A DNA stretch of 64,000 nucleotides from a virus: positions 72,489-136,488 of the IMG/VR virus record IMGVR_UViG_3300046779_001412, one strand, 5' to 3'. Positions 21,435 through 27,966 of this stretch are shown here, piece by piece (the stretch's first letter is position 1; each line of letters starts with the position of its first letter). The position numbers and the translations under genes were made by a program. The notes under the pieces are model-generated. The model was not told the DNA's origin. It saw nothing but the letters and a program-made list of their open reading frames with translations, and did not search any database.

Positions 21435-21671
21435 CTAACGGGCCCATGTTAACACAAATATTGATCTATCTTGATCCCATTTGAATGCAACACCTAGTTG
21501 ATATGAGGATCTACTGTCATTCCATGCCCATGTCACATAGTGTTTGCCAACATGGGACTGCAGCCAGGACTCTACAAGGTCTACGCCTTGAATCCAGTCC
21601 AGCTGTGGTACGATACCAGCAGGCCACGGTACAGTGGCCGTGTACACAAAAGCATGTCTATCAACCAGCAT
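21435..21671 (-). CDS. hypothetical phage protein
   Basis: 78 aa, TAAATA upstream. Confidence 0.6.
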   Translation of the reverse strand: MLVDRHAFVYTATVPWPAGIVPQLDWIQGVDLVESWLQSHVGKHYVTWAWNDSRSSYQLGVAFKWDQDRSIFVLTWAR

Positions 21672-21683
21672 GCTCTTATTTAA

Positions 21684-21761
21684 TGGTCTCGGTGGAGAGA
21701 TTCGAACTCCCGACCCTCTGCTCCCAAAGCAGATGCGCTACCCAGGCTGCGCTACACCGAG
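21684..21761 (-). tRNA. tRNA-Pro(TGG)
   Basis: Canonical cloverleaf, CCA. Confidence 0.93.
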
Positions 21762-21842
21762 ATTATTGACGATTTATTACATACAGCAATGCCGCCATCA
21801 TTGCTATAACTATGATTGCCCCATGATTGTTCTCCGGTTGTT

Positions 21843-21918
21843 TGGTAGGGGATGAGGGACTCGAACCCCCGCATGGCGGAATCAAAATCCGCTGCCTTAC
21901 CAGCTTGGCGAATCCCCA
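21843..21918 (-). tRNA. tRNA-Gln(TTG)
   Basis: Cloverleaf, loop TT-TTG-AT, CCA. Confidence 0.92.
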
Positions 21919-21924
21919 ACAGTT

Positions 21925-22077
21925 TTAACTTGGTATGATTTTAGGAATATAAGGTACATTCCTGGGACCATGACGTTGCTCAAATAACTGTTTTGCTTCT
22001 TGTAGATCTTTCGCATACACACGATCTTTGACTTCTCCTTGAGTAGTCTTGACTGTGGTTTCATACATTGGCATAAC
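21925..22077 (-). CDS. small hypothetical protein between tRNAs
   Basis: MPMYETTVKT..., AAGGAG RBS. Confidence 0.55.
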   Translation of the reverse strand, partial: VMPMYETTVKTTQGEVKDRVYAKDLQEAKQLFEQRHGPRNVPYIPKIIPS

Positions 22078-22092
22078 ATCTCCTTGGTTACA

Positions 22093-22167
22093 TGGCCCGA
22101 CCGGCAGGAATCGAACCCACATTCTGGAGGTAGAAGCTCCATGTCCTATCCATTGAACGACGGTCGG
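22093..22167 (-). tRNA. tRNA-Arg(TCT)
   Basis: Cloverleaf, loop CT-TCT-AC, CCA. Confidence 0.9.
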
Positions 22168-22173
22168 TAATAC

Positions 22174-22249
22174 TGGAGCGGGAGGCGAGATTCGAACTCG
22201 TCTATTTCAGTTTGGAAGACTGACGTGTAACCGTAAACACTTCACCCGC
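22174..22249 (-). tRNA. tRNA-Gly(TCC)
   Basis: Cloverleaf, loop CT-TCC-AA, U73 and CCA. Confidence 0.9.
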
Positions 22250-22255
22250 TTAGAT

Positions 22256-22723
22256 CTATAATGCTCCATTGGCTATTCTATCTGCGGCGTAACTTGCAGC
22301 AAACGCCCGAGGTTTAACCAGGGGAATCACGTTGCAAGTACCTCGAATATAACCAATGGCCTGACTTATCACGCAACTGCTACCATGCTCTTCATTGGGG
22401 TTGATATCCAGATGTACTTCAACTGGAAAGTCCCCCATTACCGGTGCAAGACGTTGAAACATTTCGCTCACACGATAAACTTCATTCATCAACCTCATGG
22501 CCGGCTTGTTTAATTTGTGATCATAATCACGTTCTCTAGTTATTTCACCAAAAATTTTACAGCCGTTGTTGCCATTGATGTGAATTACCACAGCTACAGT
22601 GTATTCAGCATACCATATGCCTTTTTCACGATAACGAATGCTGTCTGCACCTAGATAGACTTTTGTACCAGTGCCACAGGCATCTACAAATTGTTTGATT
22701 TGGTCTACATTGATACGTGGCAC
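22256..22723 (-). CDS. RNase H-like YkuK-family protein
   Basis: VYLGADS, RLMNEV, EVHLDIN, ASYAADR. Confidence 0.75.
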   Translation of the reverse strand: MPRINVDQIKQFVDACGTGTKVYLGADSIRYREKGIWYAEYTVAVVIHINGNNGCKIFGEITRERDYDHKLNKPAMRLMNEVYRVSEMFQRLAPVMGDFPVEVHLDINPNEEHGSSCVISQAIGYIRGTCNVIPLVKPRAFAASYAADRIANGAL

Positions 22724-22739
22724 ATTAACTCCTTTAAGT

Positions 22740-22814
22740 TGGCCGGTCCGGAGAGATTCGAACTCCCGACAGCTGGTTTCGAAGACCAGAACTCTTCCGC
22801 TGAGCTACGGACCG
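22740..22814 (-). tRNA. tRNA-Arg(TCG)
   Basis: Cloverleaf, loop CT-TCG-AA, CCA. Confidence 0.88.
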
Positions 22815-22820
22815 ATTGTA

Positions 22821-22892
22821 TGGCGGGCCTTTGCAGGAATTGAACCTACTACTCTATCCTTTGGAGGGATACGAGATCGCCAGAGTAGACCC
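22821..22892 (-). tRNA. tRNA-Trp(CCA)-like RNA with no recognisable D-stem
   Basis: Good anticodon arm (TATCC-CTCCAAA-GGATA), T-arm and GCCA end; D region 14 nt, unpaired. Confidence 0.55.
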
Positions 22893-22900
22893 ATAAAACT

Positions 22901-22988
22901 TGGCGGAGAGTATAGGATTCGAACCTATGCGCCACTTTCGCAACGACAGTTTAGCAAACTGCTGCCTTAACCACTCGGCCAACTCTCC
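22901..22988 (-). tRNA. tRNA-Ser(GCT)
   Basis: Long variable arm, G73, CCA. Confidence 0.93.
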
Positions 22989-23032
22989 ATGTTACATTAT
23001 ACCTAGATTGGTATTTTATGTCAAAGGTTATT

Positions 23033-23106
23033 TGGTGCCCCTTGACAGAATCGAACTGCCAATCCCGGATTACAAAACCGGTGTTATGCCATTTAACTAA
23101 AGGGGC
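23033..23106 (-). tRNA. tRNA-Thr(TGT)
   Basis: Cloverleaf, loop TT-TGT-AA, CCA. Confidence 0.88.
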
Positions 23107-23244
23107 TCTTGGTCCTCTTGATCTGGTATATGTGGTACACGTTGTGCCAACCACATCCAATACCAGATCAATGGGATACAACATATAAAAAATAAAAATG
23201 GGCGCATTCTTTTAGTTAGTATGCACTGTTATTTTGGAAATATT

Positions 23245-23334
23245 TGGCGGAAGCGGTGAGATTCGAACTCACGGTACCTTTCGATACGTCTGTTTTCAAG
23301 ACAGGTGCAATCAACCGGACTCTGCCACACTTCC
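23245..23334 (-). tRNA. tRNA-Ser(TGA)
   Basis: Long variable arm, loop CT-TGA-AA, CCA. Confidence 0.92.
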
Positions 23335-23339
23335 ATCAC

Positions 23340-23413
23340 TGGTGCTCCCAACTGGTAACGATCCAGTGTCGCTACATTACCAATGTAGTGTAATGCCTTT
23401 ATACTATAGGAGC
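23340..23413 (-). tRNA. tRNA-Thr(GGT), T-loop ATCGTTA
   Basis: Loop TT-GGT-AA, CCA. Confidence 0.85.
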
Positions 23414-23414
23414 T

Positions 23415-23492
23415 TGGTAGCGATGGAGGGATTCGAGCCCCCGATCTTCCGCGTATGAAGCGGCTGCATTGAACCAACTATGCTACATCGCT
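23415..23492 (-). tRNA. tRNA-Met/Ile2(CAT)
   Basis: Loop TT-CAT-AC, CCA; Met versus lysidine-Ile not resolvable. Confidence 0.82.
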
Positions 23493-23498
23493 GTTGTA

Positions 23499-23572
23499 TG
23501 GTAGTCAGTACTGGTAACGATCCAGTGTCTCACGGTTATCAGCCGTGTGCTCTGCCCTTGAGCTAACCGACT
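23499..23572 (-). tRNA. tRNA-Ile(GAT), T-loop ATCGTTA
   Basis: Loop CT-GAT-AA, CCA. Confidence 0.85.
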
Positions 23573-23574
23573 AT

Positions 23575-23648
23575 TGGCTCCGGTGGAGGGAATCGAACCC
23601 CCACTAACGGTTTTGGAGACCGCCGCGCTGCCATTACACCACACCGGA
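23575..23648 (-). tRNA. tRNA-Trp(CCA)
   Basis: Canonical cloverleaf, CCA. Confidence 0.9.
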
Positions 23649-23656
23649 ATAACTTT

Positions 23657-23734
23657 TGGAGCATCGGGCTGGATTTGAACCAGCGAATCGAGAGTTTTGC
23701 AGACTCCGCCATTGGGCCGCTCTGGTACCGATGC
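23657..23734 (-). tRNA. tRNA-Cys(GCA)
   Basis: Loop CT-GCA-AA, U73 and CCA. Confidence 0.88.
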
Positions 23735-23737
23735 ATA

Positions 23738-24028
23738 TTAATCTTCTTCGTCAAACTCACCTGAGTTATGACAATAGCCTTTCAATGTACCTATAACCAA
23801 GTCTTGGTCGGATACCACAAACACATTGTATTCTGCACGACGAAACGGATTCATTCTAGGTATGTCTCTACGTGCGTCAGTGTCAAATGGCAAAGGTTCA
23901 ACTTTGACATTACCTGAATGCTCGTATGTCTCTGCTACACGCCCTATGATAATTCTGTTGTTATGGCAGGTTAATACAGTGGAACCTGTTTTAATTGTTG
24001 TTCCTAAAATATCTTTTAAGCCTGTCAC
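23738..24028 (-). CDS. hypothetical protein
   Basis: GTG start after GGAGG; the longer ORF-track version overlaps tRNA-His. Confidence 0.6.
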   Translation of the reverse strand: MTGLKDILGTTIKTGSTVLTCHNNRIIIGRVAETYEHSGNVKVEPLPFDTDARRDIPRMNPFRRAEYNVFVVSDQDLVIGTLKGYCHNSGEFDEED

Positions 24029-24056
24029 AAACCCTCCATTAAAGTTTTGGCTACGT

Positions 24057-24130
24057 TGGGGTGAAGTGGGGAATCGAACCCTCTCTGACTGTTTCACAGA
24101 CAGCCGTGCAGCCATTACACTAACAACACC
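24057..24130 (-). tRNA. tRNA-His(GTG)
   Basis: G-1:C73, loop CT-GTG-AA, CCA. Confidence 0.88.
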
Positions 24131-24131
24131 A

Positions 24132-24386
24132 TTAAGTTTTGTCAAGTGGAATTTCTTCCACTGGATCAGTCATAATTGATTCTACTACAAACACATCAAA
24201 CACAGCGTCATCTTCGGGATGACAAATTTCTTCTAGGAATTTGTGTCCAAATTTGGTACGCCAGTGAATAAAACGTTGCTTGTGGCTATCCCACCGTGCC
24301 ACACTGGCATTACGACAACTGCCATTATAGTACAAACCGTGTTCAAGGTCAACCTTGGCAATTTTGGGTGTATAATCTGTTAACAC
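24132..24386 (-). CDS. hypothetical phage protein
   Basis: 84 aa, AGGAG RBS. Confidence 0.65.
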   Translation of the reverse strand: MLTDYTPKIAKVDLEHGLYYNGSCRNASVARWDSHKQRFIHWRTKFGHKFLEEICHPEDDAVFDVFVVESIMTDPVEEIPLDKT

Positions 24387-24403
24387 TGCTAACTCCTAAT
24401 AGT

Positions 24404-24478
24404 TGGTGGACCGACGGGGAGTCAAACCCCGACTTCTCGGGTGCAAACCGAGTGTGCTCTCGCTATCACTATCAGCCC
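24404..24478 (-). tRNA. tRNA-Ala(TGC)
   Basis: G3:U70, loop TT-TGC-AC, CCA. Confidence 0.88.
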
Positions 24479-24484
24479 TGATAT

Positions 24485-24563
24485 TGGCTCCGCATTAGAG
24501 AATCGAACTCTACTAGCCAGTGATTAACAGTCACGCCCATGCACCTTGCTCGGGTTCTGCGGA
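24485..24563 (-). tRNA. tRNA-Asn(GTT)
   Basis: Loop CT-GTT-AA, G73, CCA. Confidence 0.85.
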
Positions 24564-24570
24564 ATTGGTT

Positions 24571-24663
24571 TGGTGGGTGTCCACGGATTTGAACCGCGAA
24601 TGTTTACCACGAGGGACCGATTTTACAGACCGGTGTAGCACACGCCATAGCTACAAGACACCC
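24571..24663 (-). tRNA. tRNA-Tyr(GTA)
   Basis: Long variable arm, loop CT-GTA-AA, CCA. Confidence 0.85.
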
Positions 24664-24666
24664 AAT

Positions 24667-24918
24667 TTAATTTTGATTTAGATCTTTGGCATCCACACAG
24701 GTGCCACCTTTGAAAACGTAGATATCGCTGTCTACGCGAATTTGTTCAAACACATGATTGTTCACACACACGTAAGGATCTTTGTGATTTTGCACAGCAT
24801 AGTACACGCCAAATCCTATGCCTGCCAGCAACATTATCACAGGCAGGTATTTCAAATACTTGACTATTTCGGGCAGCGCACTGAGAATCTGCGGAAGATT
24901 TTTAAGCAATTCCTTCAT
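24667..24918 (-). CDS. small membrane protein
   Basis: One TM helix, TAAATA upstream. Confidence 0.65.
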   Translation of the reverse strand: MKELLKNLPQILSALPEIVKYLKYLPVIMLLAGIGFGVYYAVQNHKDPYVCVNNHVFEQIRVDSDIYVFKGGTCVDAKDLNQN

Positions 24919-24947
24919 GACTGTATTTACGTCAGTGCCTGCTGATC

Positions 24948-25022
24948 TGGCGGTCCCAAGGGGTAACGATCCCCTTCTTTCAGCGTGACAGGCTGATGTG
25001 CGTCCATGAACACTTTAGAACC
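24948..25022 (-). tRNA. tRNA-Asp(GTC), T-loop ATCGTTA
   Basis: Loop CT-GTC-AC, G73, CCA. Confidence 0.85.
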
Positions 25023-25028
25023 AGATTT

Positions 25029-25178
25029 TATAGGTAAGCGCCGAGAGAATGTCAATTTAGACGTCCTGCGCTAACAGTGTCAAAGCCGAGACCAGTTATA
25101 TTAGGACTCGTCCCCGGCCGGGAGAGCCCGAATAGTGTGTGCGTCCACACACGATACCTGTATCGACGCTTAACTATA
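25029..25178 (-). ncRNA. candidate structured ncRNA in tRNA array
   Basis: Closing stem TATAGTTAAGCGTCGA/TCGGCGCTTACCTATA plus internal hairpins; no credible ORF. Confidence 0.5.
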
Positions 25179-25187
25179 AAATCTAAT

Positions 25188-25415
25188 AAATGCTCTGCGA
25201 CCCCTGGCGGTAATTATACCGTATTGCTACGGCCTCCACCCGCTCCACAACAGGGTCCGTTCTCGCATTGCCAGCGCACTTTCGGTTTAAAGTGTACCAC
25301 CCGTGCTTGTCAAGGCACTTCTCATCCTCCGGGTCAGAGTATCCAGTGACGCTGGAACGTTCTTTATGGTAGTTGGTCGCTACGCCAACTTTTGCTTTCA
25401 CAAGGATACCTTTAC
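25188..25415 (-). ncRNA. candidate structured ncRNA in tRNA array
   Basis: ATACTCTGACCC/GGGTCGCAGAGCAT closing stem and several GC-rich hairpins. Confidence 0.5.
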
Positions 25416-25483
25416 AGGTTTCGCATTATAGGTTATTTCAGCGCACAGCGAATTTCTTCACTAAACCCAAACCTTGCTACATT

Positions 25484-25548
25484 ACCATATTGAAACACAC
25501 TATGCCACGCTCTGAACCTGGACTCTTAGTAATGTGTTTTAATATGGT
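25484..25548. repeat. conserved-stem, variable-loop hairpin element, copy 1
   Basis: ACCATATTGAAACACACT...AATGTGTTTTAATATGGT; abuts tRNA-Glu CCA. Confidence 0.8.
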
Positions 25549-25619
25549 ACACGGTAGGGGAATCGAACCCCTCTTCCATCCGTGAAAGGGATGTGTCCTA
25601 ACCGATAGACGAACCGTGC
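25545..25619 (-). tRNA. tRNA-Glu(TTC)
   Basis: Loop CT-TTC-AC, CCA. Confidence 0.9.
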
Positions 25620-25624
25620 ATAAA

Positions 25625-25986
25625 ATCTTGAAGGTTCCTATAAAGCCCATCGTCACCTACAACCATTGGGTAGTTTCCTACCATCTGATCTAATGCTAAC
25701 AAGGAACTGACTGTTACATGATGCTGAAGTCATATTACTGCATCAAACCCTTGCTGAACCCTTGCGGGACGATTCGCACTTGATCGTTTTACTCAAAATA
25801 TTGAATCAGCTACTTGTTTTCCATGCAAGCCCTGAAACCGAGTTGTTACCCTGTCCATCCCTTTTATTCTGTGTCTGTGTGCAGAGGGATACTGCCTATC
25901 AGAGTCTGGGTTACCCCGCTAACGGTTTTCTGCCACCGGATCTCTATCGCTAATCAAACGCTACTTTCAGGAAAGTAGTAACCGGA
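25625..25986 (-). ncRNA. candidate structured ncRNA(s) in tRNA array
   Basis: 360 nt with hairpins CTACTTTC/GAAAGTAG, GGTAG-GAAA-CTACC, CCC-GCAA-GGG, GATGC/GCATC; no credible ORF. Confidence 0.5.
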
Positions 25987-25988
25987 AC

Positions 25989-26065
25989 TGGTTGCGGGAA
26001 ACAGGAATCGAACCTGATGTCTTTGGCTTATGAGACCAACGAGTAAACCGTTTCTCCCTCCCGCC
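25989..26065 (-). tRNA. tRNA-Met(CAT), initiator-like
   Basis: 1:72 mismatch, loop CT-CAT-AA, AACCA end; lacks the three G-C anticodon pairs. Confidence 0.8.
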
Positions 26066-26112
26066 GCTGTATTGTATTTTGTCTATTATAACAAAAAGAA
26101 TTTTATTGGTCA

Positions 26113-26188
26113 ACCATATAGAAACACACTATCCTAGATAACCTCTTTGGGACGGACTTTAACCGTTCGAAATGTGTTTTTATATGGT
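26113..26188. repeat. conserved-stem, variable-loop hairpin element, copy 2
   Basis: ACCATATAGAAACACACT...AATGTGTTTTTATATGGT; abuts tRNA-Lys CCA. Confidence 0.8.
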
Positions 26189-26261
26189 AGGTGCGGTGAG
26201 ACTTGAACTCACAACTTATCGGTTAAAAGCCGATTACTCTAGCCAGTTGAGTTACGCACCC
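26185..26261 (-). tRNA. tRNA-Lys(TTT)
   Basis: Canonical cloverleaf, CCA. Confidence 0.92.
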
Positions 26262-26293
26262 TTCATCTTGCCACTATCCATAACAGGATCTCC

Positions 26294-26518
26294 TTATTTG
26301 TTTTTTTGAAAGTACTCTTCAGCCAGTGCATCTTCTGCTAGTTCTCTAGCACGACGCTGTTCTTGCGTTTCTTCTGTTTCTAATTGTTCATTCATTTGTT
26401 TAATGTTTGACACAATATGTTCTTTGCTGCTTACTTCACCACGTAACTTAGCCAATTCTCGTTCGTATCTGGCCACAAGACCTGGTGTTACGTGTTTTTT
26501 TATCCATTCTGTAGTCAT
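26294..26518 (-). CDS. small coiled-coil protein
   Basis: 74 aa, AGGAG RBS. Confidence 0.65.
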   Translation of the reverse strand: MTTEWIKKHVTPGLVARYERELAKLRGEVSSKEHIVSNIKQMNEQLETEETQEQRRARELAEDALAEEYFQKNK

Positions 26519-26555
26519 AATTAATCTCCTGCTAGATGGGATTCTTGGATTCTAA

Positions 26556-26627
26556 ACCATATTGAAACACACTACTCTCTTTGTGGTCGCCGCCGCGGAA
26601 CGGCATCGCAATGTGTTTCAATATGGT
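26556..26627. repeat. conserved-stem, variable-loop hairpin element, copy 3
   Basis: Perfect 16-bp inverted repeat ACCATATTGAAACACA/TGTGTTTCAATATGGT, just downstream of a sigma70-like promoter. Confidence 0.8.
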
Positions 26628-26801
26628 CCCAATATTGATATTGTAAGACAATCACAAATATTGGTCAACCATATGTTGGGATCAACACCCCAACCAGGAG
26701 TCTTACCATCTGCGTTGCCGCCACAGATTTCATGTGTCCTGTCCGCCCGTTTGTGATTTTTAATGAATCACTGGTCCTCGTTACCTTAAACATCTTGACA
26801 A

Positions 26802-26960
26802 TTACAAATTAACTATTCTAGCCTCTTGTACTTGTCTAAATCCTTGTTGCATTAGCTTGGCACGCTCGAACTTAGCTTCGATCAACTTGGCCAAATCTTC
26901 TGCTGTTAAAACATGCTCCTTAAGCTGATGCAAACTTTTTTCATCTCTATTTTCTTTCAT
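26802..26960 (-). CDS. small hypothetical protein (52 aa)
   Basis: Manual translation MKENRDEKSLHQLKEHVL...; first ORF after the attenuator terminator. Confidence 0.55.
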   Translation of the reverse strand: MKENRDEKSLHQLKEHVLTAEDLAKLIEAKFERAKLMQQGFRQVQEARIVNL

Positions 26961-26970
26961 AATACCTTAT

Positions 26971-27006
26971 AAAAACAAAAAACCCTGGAGTTTTCACTTC
27001 CAGGGT
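26971..27006 (-). terminator. intrinsic terminator of the putative attenuator
   Basis: ACCCTGGA-N9-TCCAGGGT-TTTTTGTTTTT. Confidence 0.85.
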
Positions 27007-27036
27007 CTAGTAGATTGATATTGCTTGATGCTTGAT

Positions 27037-27162
27037 CTACTCAGACCCTCTGCTATCACTATTCTCGATCGCACGGGGATATCCAAACTGGAGCCATGTA
27101 GGTAGGCCTACCAACGTTGAACATTTGTGCATCTGAGATAATGAAAGTTTTGTAGTCATCAT
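27037..27162 (-). CDS. putative attenuator leader peptide (41 aa, all 20 amino acids)
   Basis: MMTTKLSLSQMHKCSTLVGLPTWLQFGYPRAIENSDSRGSE*; ATG 7 nt after a -10 box; stop codon inside antiterminator strand. Confidence 0.7.
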   Translation of the reverse strand: MMTTKLSLSQMHKCSTLVGLPTWLQFGYPRAIENSDSRGSE

Positions 27163-27169
27163 AGTGTGT

Positions 27170-27198
27170 ATTTTACATTTTTATTTATACTAGGTCAA
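27170..27198 (-). promoter_or_regulatory. sigma70-like promoter with embedded TATAAATA late promoter
   Basis: TTGACC-N17-TAAAAT; TATAAATA in the spacer. Confidence 0.7.
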
Positions 27199-27250
27199 TT
27201 GGTATTTTGGTTATTTTTTTCTTAATTTTACCAAAAATCTTGTTACTTTG

Positions 27251-27613
27251 TTAACTTTTTGGCAATCCATCTACATAACGACCAAGATCACCATACAGTG
27301 CCATCATCATGGCTTCTTTGCTGCCAAAAAACGTAATACGGCGTCTGCGATCCAGATGATAGGGCCATTCCTGACCTCGATCTAATCTCAACAGCATGCC
27401 CTGACTGATCATCTGATCTCTGGGTATTACAAACTCATGACATTCTATTTCGGCTAGATCTTGAAATATCACCAACCCACGATCAGTTAGTGCCAAGCCT
27501 CCCCTGGGCCTAATGTTACGCCACCAGGTATGCATCGCAGTATCTAGGCTCACACGATGCTGCTCGGGCAGAAGCTCTAGGATTTTTTTGGTAATGTCAG
27601 CTTTGCGATTCAC
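27251..27613 (-). CDS. hypothetical phage protein
   Basis: Operon-contiguous ORF; start uncertain. Confidence 0.6.
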   Translation of the reverse strand: MNRKADITKKILELLPEQHRVSLDTAMHTWWRNIRPRGGLALTDRGLVIFQDLAEIECHEFVIPRDQMISQGMLLRLDRGQEWPYHLDRRRRITFFGSKEAMMMALYGDLGRYVDGLPKS

Positions 27614-27917
27614 TGGCAGTTCCAGTGATTGTGGGATACACCTGATCCCCTGCACGCAGCAAAACCACTGTGAACTTGTTGGTGCGGAATTGTGTATTGA
27701 GTTTTTTAGCTAAATTGATGGCATGGCCCGGATTACTAAAACTAACTTTTTTATATTTTGGGCCAGGAAATTGCTGCAACATGTTGGCTGTTTTTAGATT
27801 GATTGGAGCATTGTCAAAAAACACAGCCCATATTCCTTCACTGGCCAATACCTGCTCTGTACGATATGTATTTTTGTCAGTTAGTTCTACTAGAATTTTT
27901 GGCTTTGGTCTAGACAC
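27597..27917 (-). CDS. hypothetical phage protein
   Basis: MSRPKPKIL...KYKKVSFSNPGHA; AAGGAG RBS. Confidence 0.7.
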   Translation of the reverse strand: MSRPKPKILVELTDKNTYRTEQVLASEGIWAVFFDNAPINLKTANMLQQFPGPKYKKVSFSNPGHAINLAKKLNTQFRTNKFTVVLLRAGDQVYPTITGTASESQS

Positions 27918-27966
27918 AGCATCTCCTTACTTCAGTTCTATATTTATGCCAAAAACCATGTAGTTT

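Noticed and set aside
19686-26261. tRNA-Val gene completing the set
   Set aside because: No cloverleaf with a TAC or GAC anticodon found by eye; it may lie outside the window.
25484-26627. CRISPR array suggested by ATTGAAAC/GTTTCAAT motifs
   Set aside because: Copies are dispersed inverted-repeat hairpins hundreds of nt apart, not tandem direct repeats; no cas genes in the window.
20798-26756. Many 60-100 aa ORF-track entries across the tRNA array (e.g. 22671-22970, 23229-23477, 23563-23760)
   Set aside because: They are translations of tRNA genes or their antisense strands.
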